Source: an uncultured Acidimicrobiales bacterium | GTDB taxonomy: Bacteria > Actinomycetota > Acidimicrobiia > Acidimicrobiales > SHLQ01 | Reading direction: 5' to 3' | Assembly: GCA_964451305.1 (NCBI GenBank) | Contig: CAYVHV010000007.1 | Span: forward strand, 20,616-84,615 | Length of the DNA: 64,000 nucleotides | In this document: piece by piece, positions 37,409 to 46,254 of the stretch | Position numbering within the stretch: the first letter of the stretch is position 1 | Layout: every line of letters starts with the position of its first letter | Translations under genes and position numbers: made by a program | The notes under the pieces: generated by a model | The model's input: the letters and a program-made list of their open reading frames with translations, nothing else | What the model was told of the DNA's origin: nothing | Database searches by the model: none

Positions 37409-39396
37409 TGGTCAACCGCTTGGCCACCGAGTCGAGCCCGTATCTTCAACAACACGCGGAGAACCCGGTCAACTGGTACCCGTGGGGACAAGGGGCGCTC
37501 GACCTCGCGGCTGAACAGGACAAGCCAATCTTGTTATCGGTTGGATACTCGGCGTGCCACTGGTGTCACGTAATGGCTCACGAATCCTTCGAGGACGAGC
37601 GAACCGCAGCGATCATGAACAGATCGTTCGTCAACGTCAAAGTCGATCGAGAAGAACGCCCCGATATCGATGCGTTGTACATGGAAGCCGTACAAGCGTT
37701 GTCTGGCCAGGGCGGATGGCCAATGACGGTGGTCATGACCCCGTCGGGAGAGCCCTTCTTCGCTGGTACCTACTTTCCACCGACGCCACGACACGGCCTT
37801 CCAGCCTTTGGCGACATGCTGGACGCCATTTCGTATGCATGGGAACACGAAAAGGAAGGGCTGGTCGAGCGAGCAACCCAGGTCACCAGCGCGCTGCGAG
37901 AGTGGGCACAGGTCACCCCGGGTCATGAGGCGCTCGATCGGGACCTGGTGTCTACCGCCGTCGAGGAGTTGCTCCGCAGCTTCGACCCGGTGAACGGCGG
38001 CTTCGGCTCCGCACCGAAGTTTCCATCGGCGGTCATCATCGATGTGTTGTTCCGCCATCACATCGCTACTGGCGACACGGCGTCGCTCGACGCTGCGGTA
38101 TCGACGCTCGACCACATGGCCGCTGGCGGGATCTTCGACCACCTCGGCGGTGGTTTTGCGCGGTACTCCACCGACGACAGGTGGTTGGTCCCGCACTTCG
38201 AGAAGATGCTCTATGACAACGCACAGTTGATCACGGCCTATGTGCACGGCTGGCAGCTGACCGGCTCGCGCTCGCATCTCCGCGTCGTCGACGAGACGGT
38301 CACCTACGTTCTCCGTGACCTGCGGCTCGATGGGGGAGGTTTTGCCTCGGCCGAAGACGCCGACACCGAAGGCGAAGAAGGCCGCTTCTATGTTTGGACC
38401 GAAGACGAACTCGCTGACGTTCTCACTCCGGATGAACTGGACGCTGCCAGGGGTTGGTATGGCGTCACCGATGGCGGAAATTTCGGGAATCGCTCGAATG
38501 TGTTGTTCCGACCTGACGTTGCCGTGTGGGAGCGCCCGAAGGCTATAGAGGCAATTCGCGAGAAGCTGTTCAACGCTCGGCTGGGGCGCGAACGGCCCGG
38601 AGTAGACGACAAAGTTCTGACCGAATGGAACGCGTTGATGATTGCAGCGCTCGCCGAGGCGGGAGCGGCCGCAGGGCGAACGGATTGGGTCGACGCTGCG
38701 GTCGAGGCGATGGAGTTTCTTGAAGCCCACCTGCTCGACGATGATCGGTGGTATCGAAGCTGGCAGCAGGCCAGCGGGCGTAAACACCGCTCCTACTCGG
38801 CGGACTATGCAGCGCTCATCGACGCATACACGCGCCTCGGCGAAGCGACCGGTCAGAAACGCTGGCACCTCGCTGCGTTGCGGACGTCAGAACAGATGCT
38901 GGACCTGTTTTGGGACACCGATCACAGCGGATTGTTCACCACTGGTCGAGACGGCGAGGAGCTGCTCGTCCAACGCAAGGAATTCTTCGATAGCCCGGTG
39001 CCCTCGTCGAACGCGAACGCTGCGGTCGTGCTTCAACGTGTCGGCATTATTCATGGGCGAGATGACATCGCCGGACGGGGGCGCGAACTCATGACGCTTC
39101 TGACGAGCGCTTCGTGGGAAAATCCGGCTGCCCACGCTCGGATGCTGGCGGCTGTCGACCTCGCGTTCGGCCCGACGAGCGAGATCGTCGTCGCGGGCGA
39201 TTCGCCGGACCTTCTCGCCACCGTTCGCCAGACGTATCTGCCGAACTCGGTGATCCTTCATGGCGAACGCTTTGAAAGCCCGCTGTGGAACGGTCGAGAG
39301 GACGGTCGGGCATATGTGTGCAAGAACTACACATGCACGCTACCGGCGGCCGATGTCGACGAACTCGGCGTGCAGCTCGCACGCCTCGCAGGGTAA
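37408..39396 (+). CDS. thioredoxin-domain protein (DUF255/YyaL family, thioredoxin fold plus six-hairpin glycosidase-like domain)
   Basis: [18 protein letters not shown]...[22 protein letters not shown]...[14 protein letters not shown] start at 37408. Confidence 0.88.
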   Translation: MVNRLATESSPYLQQHAENPVNWYPWGQGALDLAAEQDKPILLSVGYSACHWCHVMAHESFEDERTAAIMNRSFVNVKVDREERPDIDALYMEAVQALSGQGGWPMTVVMTPSGEPFFAGTYFPPTPRHGLPAFGDMLDAISYAWEHEKEGLVERATQVTSALREWAQVTPGHEALDRDLVSTAVEELLRSFDPVNGGFGSAPKFPSAVIIDVLFRHHIATGDTASLDAAVSTLDHMAAGGIFDHLGGGFARYSTDDRWLVPHFEKMLYDNAQLITAYVHGWQLTGSRSHLRVVDETVTYVLRDLRLDGGGFASAEDADTEGEEGRFYVWTEDELADVLTPDELDAARGWYGVTDGGNFGNRSNVLFRPDVAVWERPKAIEAIREKLFNARLGRERPGVDDKVLTEWNALMIAALAEAGAAAGRTDWVDAAVEAMEFLEAHLLDDDRWYRSWQQASGRKHRSYSADYAALIDAYTRLGEATGQKRWHLAALRTSEQMLDLFWDTDHSGLFTTGRDGEELLVQRKEFFDSPVPSSNANAAVVLQRVGIIHGRDDIAGRGRELMTLLTSASWENPAAHARMLAAVDLAFGPTSEIVVAGDSPDLLATVRQTYLPNSVILHGERFESPLWNGREDGRAYVCKNYTCTLPAADVDELGVQLARLAG

Positions 39397-39434
39397 GTTC
39401 ATGCCCGCAATGTCTCTTCGAGGAGTTCAGCACA

Positions 39435-41765
39435 ATGGATGAGCTCACGGGGCTGACGAAAAGCGAGGTTGCTGACCGCGTCAGCGCTGGCCAGACGAAC
39501 GTGTCCAGTGAGCCAGAAGGTCGCTCGTTAGCTCACATCATCGAGGCGAACGTCCTCACGCCGGTGAACGCGATCATGATCGTTCTTTTCATCCTTGTGG
39601 TGATCTCGGGCAACATCGGCGACGGCTTGTTCGTCGGTGTCGTCTTTTCGAACAGTGTCCTCGGCATTGCCCAAGAGGTGAAGGCCCGGCGCGAGCTCGC
39701 TCGGCTCCAAGTGCTGACCGAACCTGAAGCGATCGTCATTCGAGATGGGAGCCGTGAAACCGTCGACGTTGACGAGATCGTCCTCGATGACCTGATCGTG
39801 CTCAACTCCGGTTCACAACTGCCGGTCGACGGGACGGTGGTTGCGGTGACCGGGTTGCGCCTCGACGAGTCACAACTGACCGGCGAGTCGTTGCCGGTTC
39901 GCAAAGAGCTCGGCGATGACGCGCTCTCGGGCAGCTTCGTTGTTGCTGGCAGCGGCGTCATGCGGGCAACCGCGGTCGGGCTCGATAGCTTTGCCGCTGG
40001 ACTCACCAACGAAGCAAAGACATTCCGGGCCGCAGAGTCCGAGCTCCGCCGAGCGGTCAACGTGATCCTGCGATGGCTGACGGTGATCATCCCGATCAGT
40101 TCCATCCTGCTGCTCGTCGTCTTGCTCGATATCGAGGATCGTTGGCAGGACGCGCTACAAGGCACTGTCGCCGCAGCGGTTGCGATGGTGCCCGACGGTC
40201 TGGTGCTCTTGACGAGCCTCGCCTTCGTCGCAGGGTTGCTCGAACTTACCCGTCGAAACGCATTGGCATCGGAGCTGTCGACCGTCGAAGTGCTCGCCCG
40301 CGTCGACACGCTGTTCCTCGATAAGACCGGCACGATCACGACCGGCGAGATCACCTATGGAGCGACCCATGTGTCGTCGGACTGGTCAGAAGCCGACGTT
40401 CATCGCGTGTTAGCGGCGATGATCGCGAGCGACGACGATCCCAATGCCACTGCCTTGGCCCTCGCCGCCGCGGTCGGAGCGGATCCGGGATGGACGACGC
40501 GGTCGATCGAGCCCTTCTCGAGCGCCCGGAAGTGGTCGGCGATCGAATTCGCGGAACGTGGATGGTTCTATTTCGGGGCGCCTGACGTGCTGTTGTCAGA
40601 GGACGATCCAGCCAAGTCGATCGTGCGTGAGCGAAGCGCTGCAGGGAAGCGGTTGATCGCCCTCACCTCGGCTACGGCCGGGCCGAGCGGAGATGCTGCA
40701 CCCTCGGACCTGAGTACCCTGGCGATCATCGAGCTCGAAGACGAGATTCGACCCGACGCGCTAGACACGCTCCAGTACTTCGCCGACCAGGACGTGGCCA
40801 TCAAGGTGATCTCTGGCGATAACCCCGACACGGTGGCTGCGATTGCCGAGCGTGCAGGAGTGACGTTGCTCGGGCCATCGACCGATGCTCGGACCTTGAG
40901 CGACACGCGCAGCCTGATCGGAGAGTCGCTCGAAGCGGGAACCGTCTTTGGGCGGGTAGCACCACGACAAAAACAAGAGATGGTCAAGGCCATGCAAGAG
41001 CGTGGTCACGTGGTGGCGATGACCGGGGACGGAGTGAACGACGTGCTTGCCCTCAAGGACGCCGACCTTGGTATCGCAATGGGATCGGGAAGCGCTGCAA
41101 GTCGAACCGCTGCTGACCTCGTGCTCACCGACAACGCGTTCTCCACCTTGCCCGTCGTGGTGAGCGAAGGCCGAAAGGTCATCAACAACGTCGAGCGAGT
41201 GGCGAATCTGTTCGTGACAAAGGCGGTGTACGCCGTGCTGTTGACCGTGCTCGTCGGTGTTGCGGGTACGCCGTTTCCGTTCCTCCCACGCCAACTCACC
41301 CTGATCGGAACGTTCAGCATCGGGCTCCCCGGATTCTTCCTCGCGCTCGCGCCTGAGGTCGAACGAGTTCGAGCAGGATTCCTCTACCGAGTTCTGCAAT
41401 TCTCGATACCGGCCGGAATTACTGCGGGTGCGGCATCGTTTTCGGCCTACCAGTTCGCGCAGCGTGTTATGAACGTCGACCTTGGACAGGAACGCACCTT
41501 GGCCACCGTGACGCTTCTCGGGATTGGACTCGTAATTCTCCTCGTCGCCAGCCGACCGCTTCGAGTCTGGAAACTCGGACTCGTCGCCGCAATGGCCGGC
41601 GGGTATGTAGTGGTGTTTCTGGTCGCACCACTTCGAGAGTTCTTCCAGCTCGAATCGTTGAGCGCCGAACTATGGTCGATCGCAGCGATCGCCAGTACGA
41701 CGGCGAGCATCGTCATCGCGATGATCGCGTTTGTCTGCAACAAAATTGGCTCGCGTCGTAGCTAG
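39435..41765 (+). CDS. cation-translocating P-type ATPase (HAD-IC, P2/CtpE-like)
   Basis: Phosphorylation motif DKTGTITTGE, hinge TGDGVNDVLALKDADLGIAMG, and TM4 motif VPDGL. I chose the ATG at 39435 because the track start at 39285 overlaps the previous gene. Confidence 0.88.
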   Translation: MDELTGLTKSEVADRVSAGQTNVSSEPEGRSLAHIIEANVLTPVNAIMIVLFILVVISGNIGDGLFVGVVFSNSVLGIAQEVKARRELARLQVLTEPEAIVIRDGSRETVDVDEIVLDDLIVLNSGSQLPVDGTVVAVTGLRLDESQLTGESLPVRKELGDDALSGSFVVAGSGVMRATAVGLDSFAAGLTNEAKTFRAAESELRRAVNVILRWLTVIIPISSILLLVVLLDIEDRWQDALQGTVAAAVAMVPDGLVLLTSLAFVAGLLELTRRNALASELSTVEVLARVDTLFLDKTGTITTGEITYGATHVSSDWSEADVHRVLAAMIASDDDPNATALALAAAVGADPGWTTRSIEPFSSARKWSAIEFAERGWFYFGAPDVLLSEDDPAKSIVRERSAAGKRLIALTSATAGPSGDAAPSDLSTLAIIELEDEIRPDALDTLQYFADQDVAIKVISGDNPDTVAAIAERAGVTLLGPSTDARTLSDTRSLIGESLEAGTVFGRVAPRQKQEMVKAMQERGHVVAMTGDGVNDVLALKDADLGIAMGSGSAASRTAADLVLTDNAFSTLPVVVSEGRKVINNVERVANLFVTKAVYAVLLTVLVGVAGTPFPFLPRQLTLIGTFSIGLPGFFLALAPEVERVRAGFLYRVLQFSIPAGITAGAASFSAYQFAQRVMNVDLGQERTLATVTLLGIGLVILLVASRPLRVWKLGLVAAMAGGYVVVFLVAPLREFFQLESLSAELWSIAAIASTTASIVIAMIAFVCNKIGSRRS

Positions 41766-41796
41766 TTCACCGCCGCGGTTCAGATACTGCCTCGGC

Positions 41797-43308
41797 TCAC
41801 GTTCCACAGAACGTCTGGTAGCGGTTCGTGAACCCTGCTGGCGCCGGCTCGGCGTAGAGCTCCATATCGTCGCGTTCTGTGAAGGGCGACGTGGTCACGT
41901 CCAACAGGAGATGGAACGGTTCGAGGTTTCCTGACCTCGCGGCCGCAAGCGCTTCTTCGACGAGGTGATTGCGAGGAATATAGATCGGATTTACCAGGTC
42001 CATCGCCGCAGCGACCTCGTCACGGTCAGCGGTGCCGAGAACATCGAGCCATTGTTGATACCAGACATCCCAGGCCTGATCTGAGGCGAGCGAGTAGTCG
42101 GTCGCGTCTTGGCTCCGGAGCACCGAAGAGAGCGCGCGGAACGCCACCGTGTGATCCGCTCCGACCCGAGCGAGCATCTCGACGAAGCCGTCGGTGAGCG
42201 CCGCTACTTCAGCGTCGTTTGATCGCTCCGCCAGCCCGATCTTGGCCGCCATGTGTGCAACCCAATGACCTCTGAACTGCTCGGGAAACGCTTCGAGAAC
42301 CTCCGTTGCTTGCGCAACGGCCTCTTCGGGTTGCTCAGAGAACAATGGGAGAAGTGTTTCGGCGAGTCGGGCAAGATTCCACTGTCCAAGCTTGGCTTGG
42401 TTGCCAAACGCGTACCGGCCCTGACGGTCGATCGAACTAAACACCGTCGATGGATCGTACGTCTCGAGGAAGGCACATGGCCCGTAGTCGATCGTCTCTC
42501 CGGAGATGAGGACGTTGTCGGTGTTCATCACACCGTGAATGAACCCGTTGACCATCCATCGGGCGATGAGGAACGCCTGAGCGTTCGTGACCGCCTTCAG
42601 CAGCTCAAGTGCGGGAACTTCTGCATCACGTAGCTCGGGGTAGTGACGTTCGATCGAGTAGTCGACGAGCTCGCGTACAAGATCAGGGTCCTTTCGTGCG
42701 GCGTACTCGAAGGTCCCGACGCGAAGATGGCTCGCCGCAACGCGGCCGAGGACCGCTCCCGGCTCCATCTGTTCTCGGCGGACGCTCGCACCGGTCGTGA
42801 CGACTCCGAGCGCCCGAGACGTCGGTACGTCGAGAGCGTGCATCGCTTCGGCCATCAGGTACTCGCGGAGCATCGCTGACAACGTGGCGAAGCCATCGCC
42901 TCCTCGTGAATACGGTGTGCGTCCCGAACCCTTGAGGTGGAGGTCGGCCAACGTCCCGTCGCTCGATGTCAGTTCGCCGAGGAGGAGTGCCCGACCGTCG
43001 CCGAGCAGAGGGGAGTAGCCACCGAACTGATGACCGGCGTAGGCCATAGCGATCGGCTTGGCCCCGTCGGGCACGTTGGTGCCGGCGAGGAAGGCTGTGC
43101 CATCCTCGCCGTGCAACCATCCAACATCGACACCGAGGTCTTCAGCGAGCTCGTCGTTGATCACGACGGCCTCTGGAGACGGAGCATCATCTGCTTTCCA
43201 CTCGGTACCGAGCGCAGGGAAACGCGTGGCGAAGAGCGAGGAAAGCTCCGGTGCGCCGTCAGGATTCGCCGAAGCGTTCTCCTCGGCATCGATGGTGTTG
43301 GAACTCAT
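41797..43308 (-). CDS. selO: protein adenylyltransferase SelO (YdiU/UPF0061)
   Basis: YAGHQFGGYSPLLGDGRALLLGE, HLKGSGRTPYSRGGDG and GFIHGVMNTDNVLISGETIDYGP. The C-terminus ...YQTFCGT carries a Cys, and the TGA after it is a genuine stop. Confidence 0.92.
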   Translation of the reverse strand: MSSNTIDAEENASANPDGAPELSSLFATRFPALGTEWKADDAPSPEAVVINDELAEDLGVDVGWLHGEDGTAFLAGTNVPDGAKPIAMAYAGHQFGGYSPLLGDGRALLLGELTSSDGTLADLHLKGSGRTPYSRGGDGFATLSAMLREYLMAEAMHALDVPTSRALGVVTTGASVRREQMEPGAVLGRVAASHLRVGTFEYAARKDPDLVRELVDYSIERHYPELRDAEVPALELLKAVTNAQAFLIARWMVNGFIHGVMNTDNVLISGETIDYGPCAFLETYDPSTVFSSIDRQGRYAFGNQAKLGQWNLARLAETLLPLFSEQPEEAVAQATEVLEAFPEQFRGHWVAHMAAKIGLAERSNDAEVAALTDGFVEMLARVGADHTVAFRALSSVLRSQDATDYSLASDQAWDVWYQQWLDVLGTADRDEVAAAMDLVNPIYIPRNHLVEEALAAARSGNLEPFHLLLDVTTSPFTERDDMELYAEPAPAGFTNRYQTFCGT

Positions 43309-43310
43309 TG

Positions 43311-43853
43311 TTATGCGTCTGCTTTCTCGGCTGGAGCTGTCGTGGAATCGTTCGTTGTGTCACCGGTGATCTCATCGATGATCTCGATGACCTTGGTCGG
43401 ATCAGCCTGGAAACCCTGGCCGATGATCTCACGATCTGGCCCGATAAGGACGGTCCACGGGGTACCGCCGGTGCGGTAGTCGGCCATGGTCTTTGGCGGG
43501 TGGCCGCTGTCGTGCCCGAGTGCAATGTCCTCGAGACCGTGCTCCTTAACCGACTTCAGCGCAGCTTCGGCGGTGTTGGTTTCGTGTCCCTCAAAGACGG
43601 TCTGGATCGCAATGAACTCGACCAGATCTGCCTTGCCGGCCTTCTCGTAGTGCTCCTTGACCGCTGCCAATGTCGGGAAACCGTGGGAGTGACAGCCCGG
43701 GCACCACGACTGGAAGGCGTAGAGGTAGATGATCGGTGCATCGATGTCGGCGATGCGCCGCGGCAGGTCATTTCCGTCGAGCCATTCGTCGACGCGAAGC
43801 TCTGGTGCGGGTCCGCCCGTAAGTCCGTAATTCTCTGCCATGTCGTTCTCCAT
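43311..43853 (-). CDS. TlpA/AhpC-TSA-like thioredoxin-fold redoxin (CPGC)
   Basis: YLYAFQSWCPGCHSHGFP...GGTPWTVLIGPD. It ends 2 nt before the selO start. Confidence 0.8.
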   Translation of the reverse strand: MENDMAENYGLTGGPAPELRVDEWLDGNDLPRRIADIDAPIIYLYAFQSWCPGCHSHGFPTLAAVKEHYEKAGKADLVEFIAIQTVFEGHETNTAEAALKSVKEHGLEDIALGHDSGHPPKTMADYRTGGTPWTVLIGPDREIIGQGFQADPTKVIEIIDEITGDTTNDSTTAPAEKADA

Positions 43854-43910
43854 TCCGTGCCAGCGGTACCCGATTTGGTTTTGCCGCTATGTGATAGACA
43901 AGCGAGATAC

Positions 43911-44567
43911 ATGATTGTTACACCGAAGTCGGAAAAAAATTTGCCGAGCGCGGATTCCGGGATATTGGACGCAATTCGAGCGGGGGATACCGAGGCTTTT
44001 GAGGCGCTCGTGACCGAACTGACCCCAGGGCTTCGAGGACTTGCTCGAACGTATGTGAGTAACGCTCTTGCAGAAGAGGTGGTTCAAGAAACTTGGGCGG
44101 CGGTGGTTCGCTCACTCGATTCGTTCGAAGGTCGGTCCTCGTTGAGGACGTGGATCTATCGAATCTTGCTAAACAAGGTCCGTACGCTCGCCGGCCGAGA
44201 GGCTCGAATCGTGCCATTCGCTTCGCTGGGCCTCGGCGAAGATGGTGTGTCACCGTCGGTTGAGCCGGAGCGTTTCGGCGACCGGCTCCTCCAGGACGGT
44301 GATTGGGTGGTGCCGCCAACCGAGTGGAGTGATGCCCCCGCCGAAGAGCTCGAGAATGACGAGGTGCTCGACCTTGTTCGCCATGCCATCGATGAGCTGC
44401 CTGAATCCCAGCGCGAGGTCATGCAGCTGCGAGATGTCGAGCAATGGCGCGCCGATGATGTTTGCGAAGCGCTCGGTATTTCGTCGGTGAACCAACGGGT
44501 CTTGTTGCACCGGGGTCGAGCCGCTGTTCGATCAAAGTTGGAGGACTACTATGCCGTCGCCGCATGA
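43911..44567 (+). CDS. ECF-type RNA polymerase sigma-70 factor
   Basis: Region 2 reads EEVVQETWAAVVRSLDSFEGRSSLRTWIYRILLNK and region 4 reads LPESQREVMQLRDVEQWRADDVCEALGISSVNQRVLLHRGR. I chose the ATG at 43911 because the track ORF start at 43251 lies antisense to the redoxin gene. Confidence 0.88.
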   Translation: MIVTPKSEKNLPSADSGILDAIRAGDTEAFEALVTELTPGLRGLARTYVSNALAEEVVQETWAAVVRSLDSFEGRSSLRTWIYRILLNKVRTLAGREARIVPFASLGLGEDGVSPSVEPERFGDRLLQDGDWVVPPTEWSDAPAEELENDEVLDLVRHAIDELPESQREVMQLRDVEQWRADDVCEALGISSVNQRVLLHRGRAAVRSKLEDYYAVAA

Positions 44568-44859
44568 GGAACGCTCCCGTGACGCCGACTTCGTAACGAA
44601 CCCGTTGGTGCTTCGCTGCGTCGAAGTTGTTGAGCTCATCACCTTCTACCTCGATGATGCATTGGACGTCAACGATCGTCGGGCCGTCGACACCCACCTC
44701 CGTGGCTGCGAAAACTGCACCGTGTTCGTCACCCAGATCCGCCAGACGATTCAGCTAGCGGCCGCGGTCGGACAGCGCGAAGCCGTCGAGCCGCCAGCGA
44801 ATTTCGCCGAGTTGTCGGCGCTCGTGGCGCAACGAAACGACCCGTCGACGCAGACATAA
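44551..44859 (+). CDS. soluble zinc-binding (ZAS, zf-HC2) anti-sigma factor, RsrA/RshA-like
   Basis: 102 aa with no TM segment. The ligand pattern is C23-x25-H49-x3-C53-x2-C56 (...THLRGCENC...). It overlaps the end of the sigma gene by 17 nt. Confidence 0.8.
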   Translation: MPSPHEERSRDADFVTNPLVLRCVEVVELITFYLDDALDVNDRRAVDTHLRGCENCTVFVTQIRQTIQLAAAVGQREAVEPPANFAELSALVAQRNDPSTQT

Positions 44860-44887
44860 CCCGGTCCATGACCGAATCGGTCGTGCC

Positions 44888-44913
44888 GGAATTTCTCTCT
44901 CGGACCTATGGTT
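44888..44913 (+). promoter_or_regulatory. candidate SigR/SigH-type ECF promoter (GGAAT-N18-GTT)
   Basis: GGAAT at 44888-44892, exactly 18 nt of spacer, then GTT at 44911-44913. The element lies 44 nt upstream of the ATG at 44957. Confidence 0.55.
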
Positions 44914-44956
44914 ACTGAGGTAGCAGCGAGGACTTTCTTCGCGAATGGGAGTGCAA

Positions 44957-45589
44957 ATGAGACCGGTAAAGATCACTGTCTATTCGGACTTTATTTGACC
45001 ATGGTGTTGGGTCGGGACCGTGCGTCTCGACAGGTTGAAGGAAAAGTACGGCGATCGCGTCGACATCGAGTGGAAAGCATTCTTGCTTCGCACTGGACCT
45101 CGTGATTGGCAGCGCGCAGACTTCTTGCACTACACCCGTTCGTGGATGCGTCCAAAGGAAGCCGAACCCGAGCTGGACTTCACCATCTGGGCGACCGATG
45201 ACCCCCAGCCGCATTCCAGCATCGAGGCTCAGGTCGCCTTCAAAGTGCTTGAAGAACTGGCGCCGGAAAATGCGAAGGCGTATCACGACCGGATCATGAA
45301 GGCGTACTTCGTGGAGAACCGCGACATCAGCAACGCAGACATCCTCACCGGCCTCGCCGTCGACGTAGGCGTCGATGCAGCGGCGTTCCAAGCAGCGATT
45401 GAAACTCGTAGCGAAGTGATGGTCGAGCGGGTATTCGAGGAATACAACAGCGCAATTTCACAGAACGTCACGGGCATCCCAACCGTGGTGTTCGAAGACC
45501 AGTTTCCAGTCGTCGGTGCTCAGCCGCTCGAAACCTATGAAGACATCGTCGAGCAGATCGAGAAGCAGCTCGAGTCGATGGCCGATTGA
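44957..45589 (+). CDS. DsbA-family (FrnE-like) thiol:disulfide oxidoreductase, predicted selenoprotein (UPWC); TGA at 44996-44998 read as Sec
   Basis: The ATG at 44957 (GGGAG 7 nt upstream) gives MRPVKITVYSDFI-U-PWCWVGTVRLDRLKEKYGDR... in frame with track ORF 45020..45589. The N-terminal beta-strand plus [CU]PWC is the canonical DsbA/FrnE start, and GIPTVVF is the cis-Pro loop. Confidence 0.7.
45011..45031 (+). promoter_or_regulatory. candidate SECIS hairpin for the 44996 UGA
   Basis: GTCGGGAC-CGTGC-GTCTCGAC forms an 8-bp stem with a G-U wobble at pair 5 and the apical loop CGUGC. The stem starts 15 nt after the U of UGA. Confidence 0.55.
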
Positions 45590-45591
45590 CC

Positions 45592-46248
45592 ATGACAACG
45601 CCGATCGAACTCAACCCAGACTTTCTCGTCAGTAGCGAAGAAGCCCTCAGCCAGATGTTTCATCCGGCCAACGACTTCGTGACCGACAAGTGTTTGGACT
45701 ACGTCCACGAACATGCGCGGGTCTTTATCGAACGCTCGCCGTTCATGCTGATCGGCTCGCAGTCAGCCGATGGGCACGCCGATGTTACGCCGCGCGGTGA
45801 CCCACCCGGGTTCGTCAAAGTGCTCGATGATGACAAGACACTCCTGATTCCCGACCGTCCTGGGAACAACCGAATCGACACGTTGCGGAACCTCGTGTCG
45901 AACCCTCGTATCGGGCTCATCTTCCTGATCCCAGGTTTCGAAGAGACCATGCGCGTCAACGGTGCAGCTCAGCTCACCCGAGATCCAGAGCTTCTCGAGA
46001 CGATGGCCGTAAAGGGCCGCGTCCCGAAGATCGCAATCGCGGTGCGCGTCGATGAGGTCTACATCCACTGCGCCAAGGCCATTCGGCGGGCAAATCTGTG
46101 GGATGAAAGCGAGCATCAGGATCGGAGCGAGTACCCGACCATGGCCAAGGTGATGCTCGATCACACCTACGGTGCTCCCGATGATCCCGAGGTGATGAAA
46201 GAGATCGACGACAACATGGATAACTTCTATCGCACGTCGTTGTACTAG
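45592..46248 (+). CDS. pyridoxamine 5'-phosphate oxidase-family FMN-binding protein
   Basis: ADVTPRGDPPGFVKVLDDKTLLIPDRPGNNRIDTLRNL...RIGLIFLIPG..ETMRVNG. An alternative TTG start at 45586 overlaps the previous stop. Confidence 0.75.
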   Translation: MTTPIELNPDFLVSSEEALSQMFHPANDFVTDKCLDYVHEHARVFIERSPFMLIGSQSADGHADVTPRGDPPGFVKVLDDDKTLLIPDRPGNNRIDTLRNLVSNPRIGLIFLIPGFEETMRVNGAAQLTRDPELLETMAVKGRVPKIAIAVRVDEVYIHCAKAIRRANLWDESEHQDRSEYPTMAKVMLDHTYGAPDDPEVMKEIDDNMDNFYRTSLY

Positions 46249-46254
46249 TTGCTG

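Noticed and set aside
37534-38868. 444-aa minus-strand ORF
   Set aside because: It lies antisense to the DUF255 thioredoxin-domain gene, which has strong motif support.
41797-41802. Possible C-terminal Sec in SelO, as in eukaryotic SelO (CxxU)
   Set aside because: The protein ends ...TFCGT with a TGT Cys codon, followed by a terminal TGA. There is no downstream in-frame extension and no homology beyond the stop.
43251-43910. N-terminal 220-aa extension of the sigma-factor ORF
   Set aside because: The extension overlaps the TlpA-like gene on the opposite strand and has no sigma homology. The ATG at 43911 gives a normal-length ECF sigma factor.
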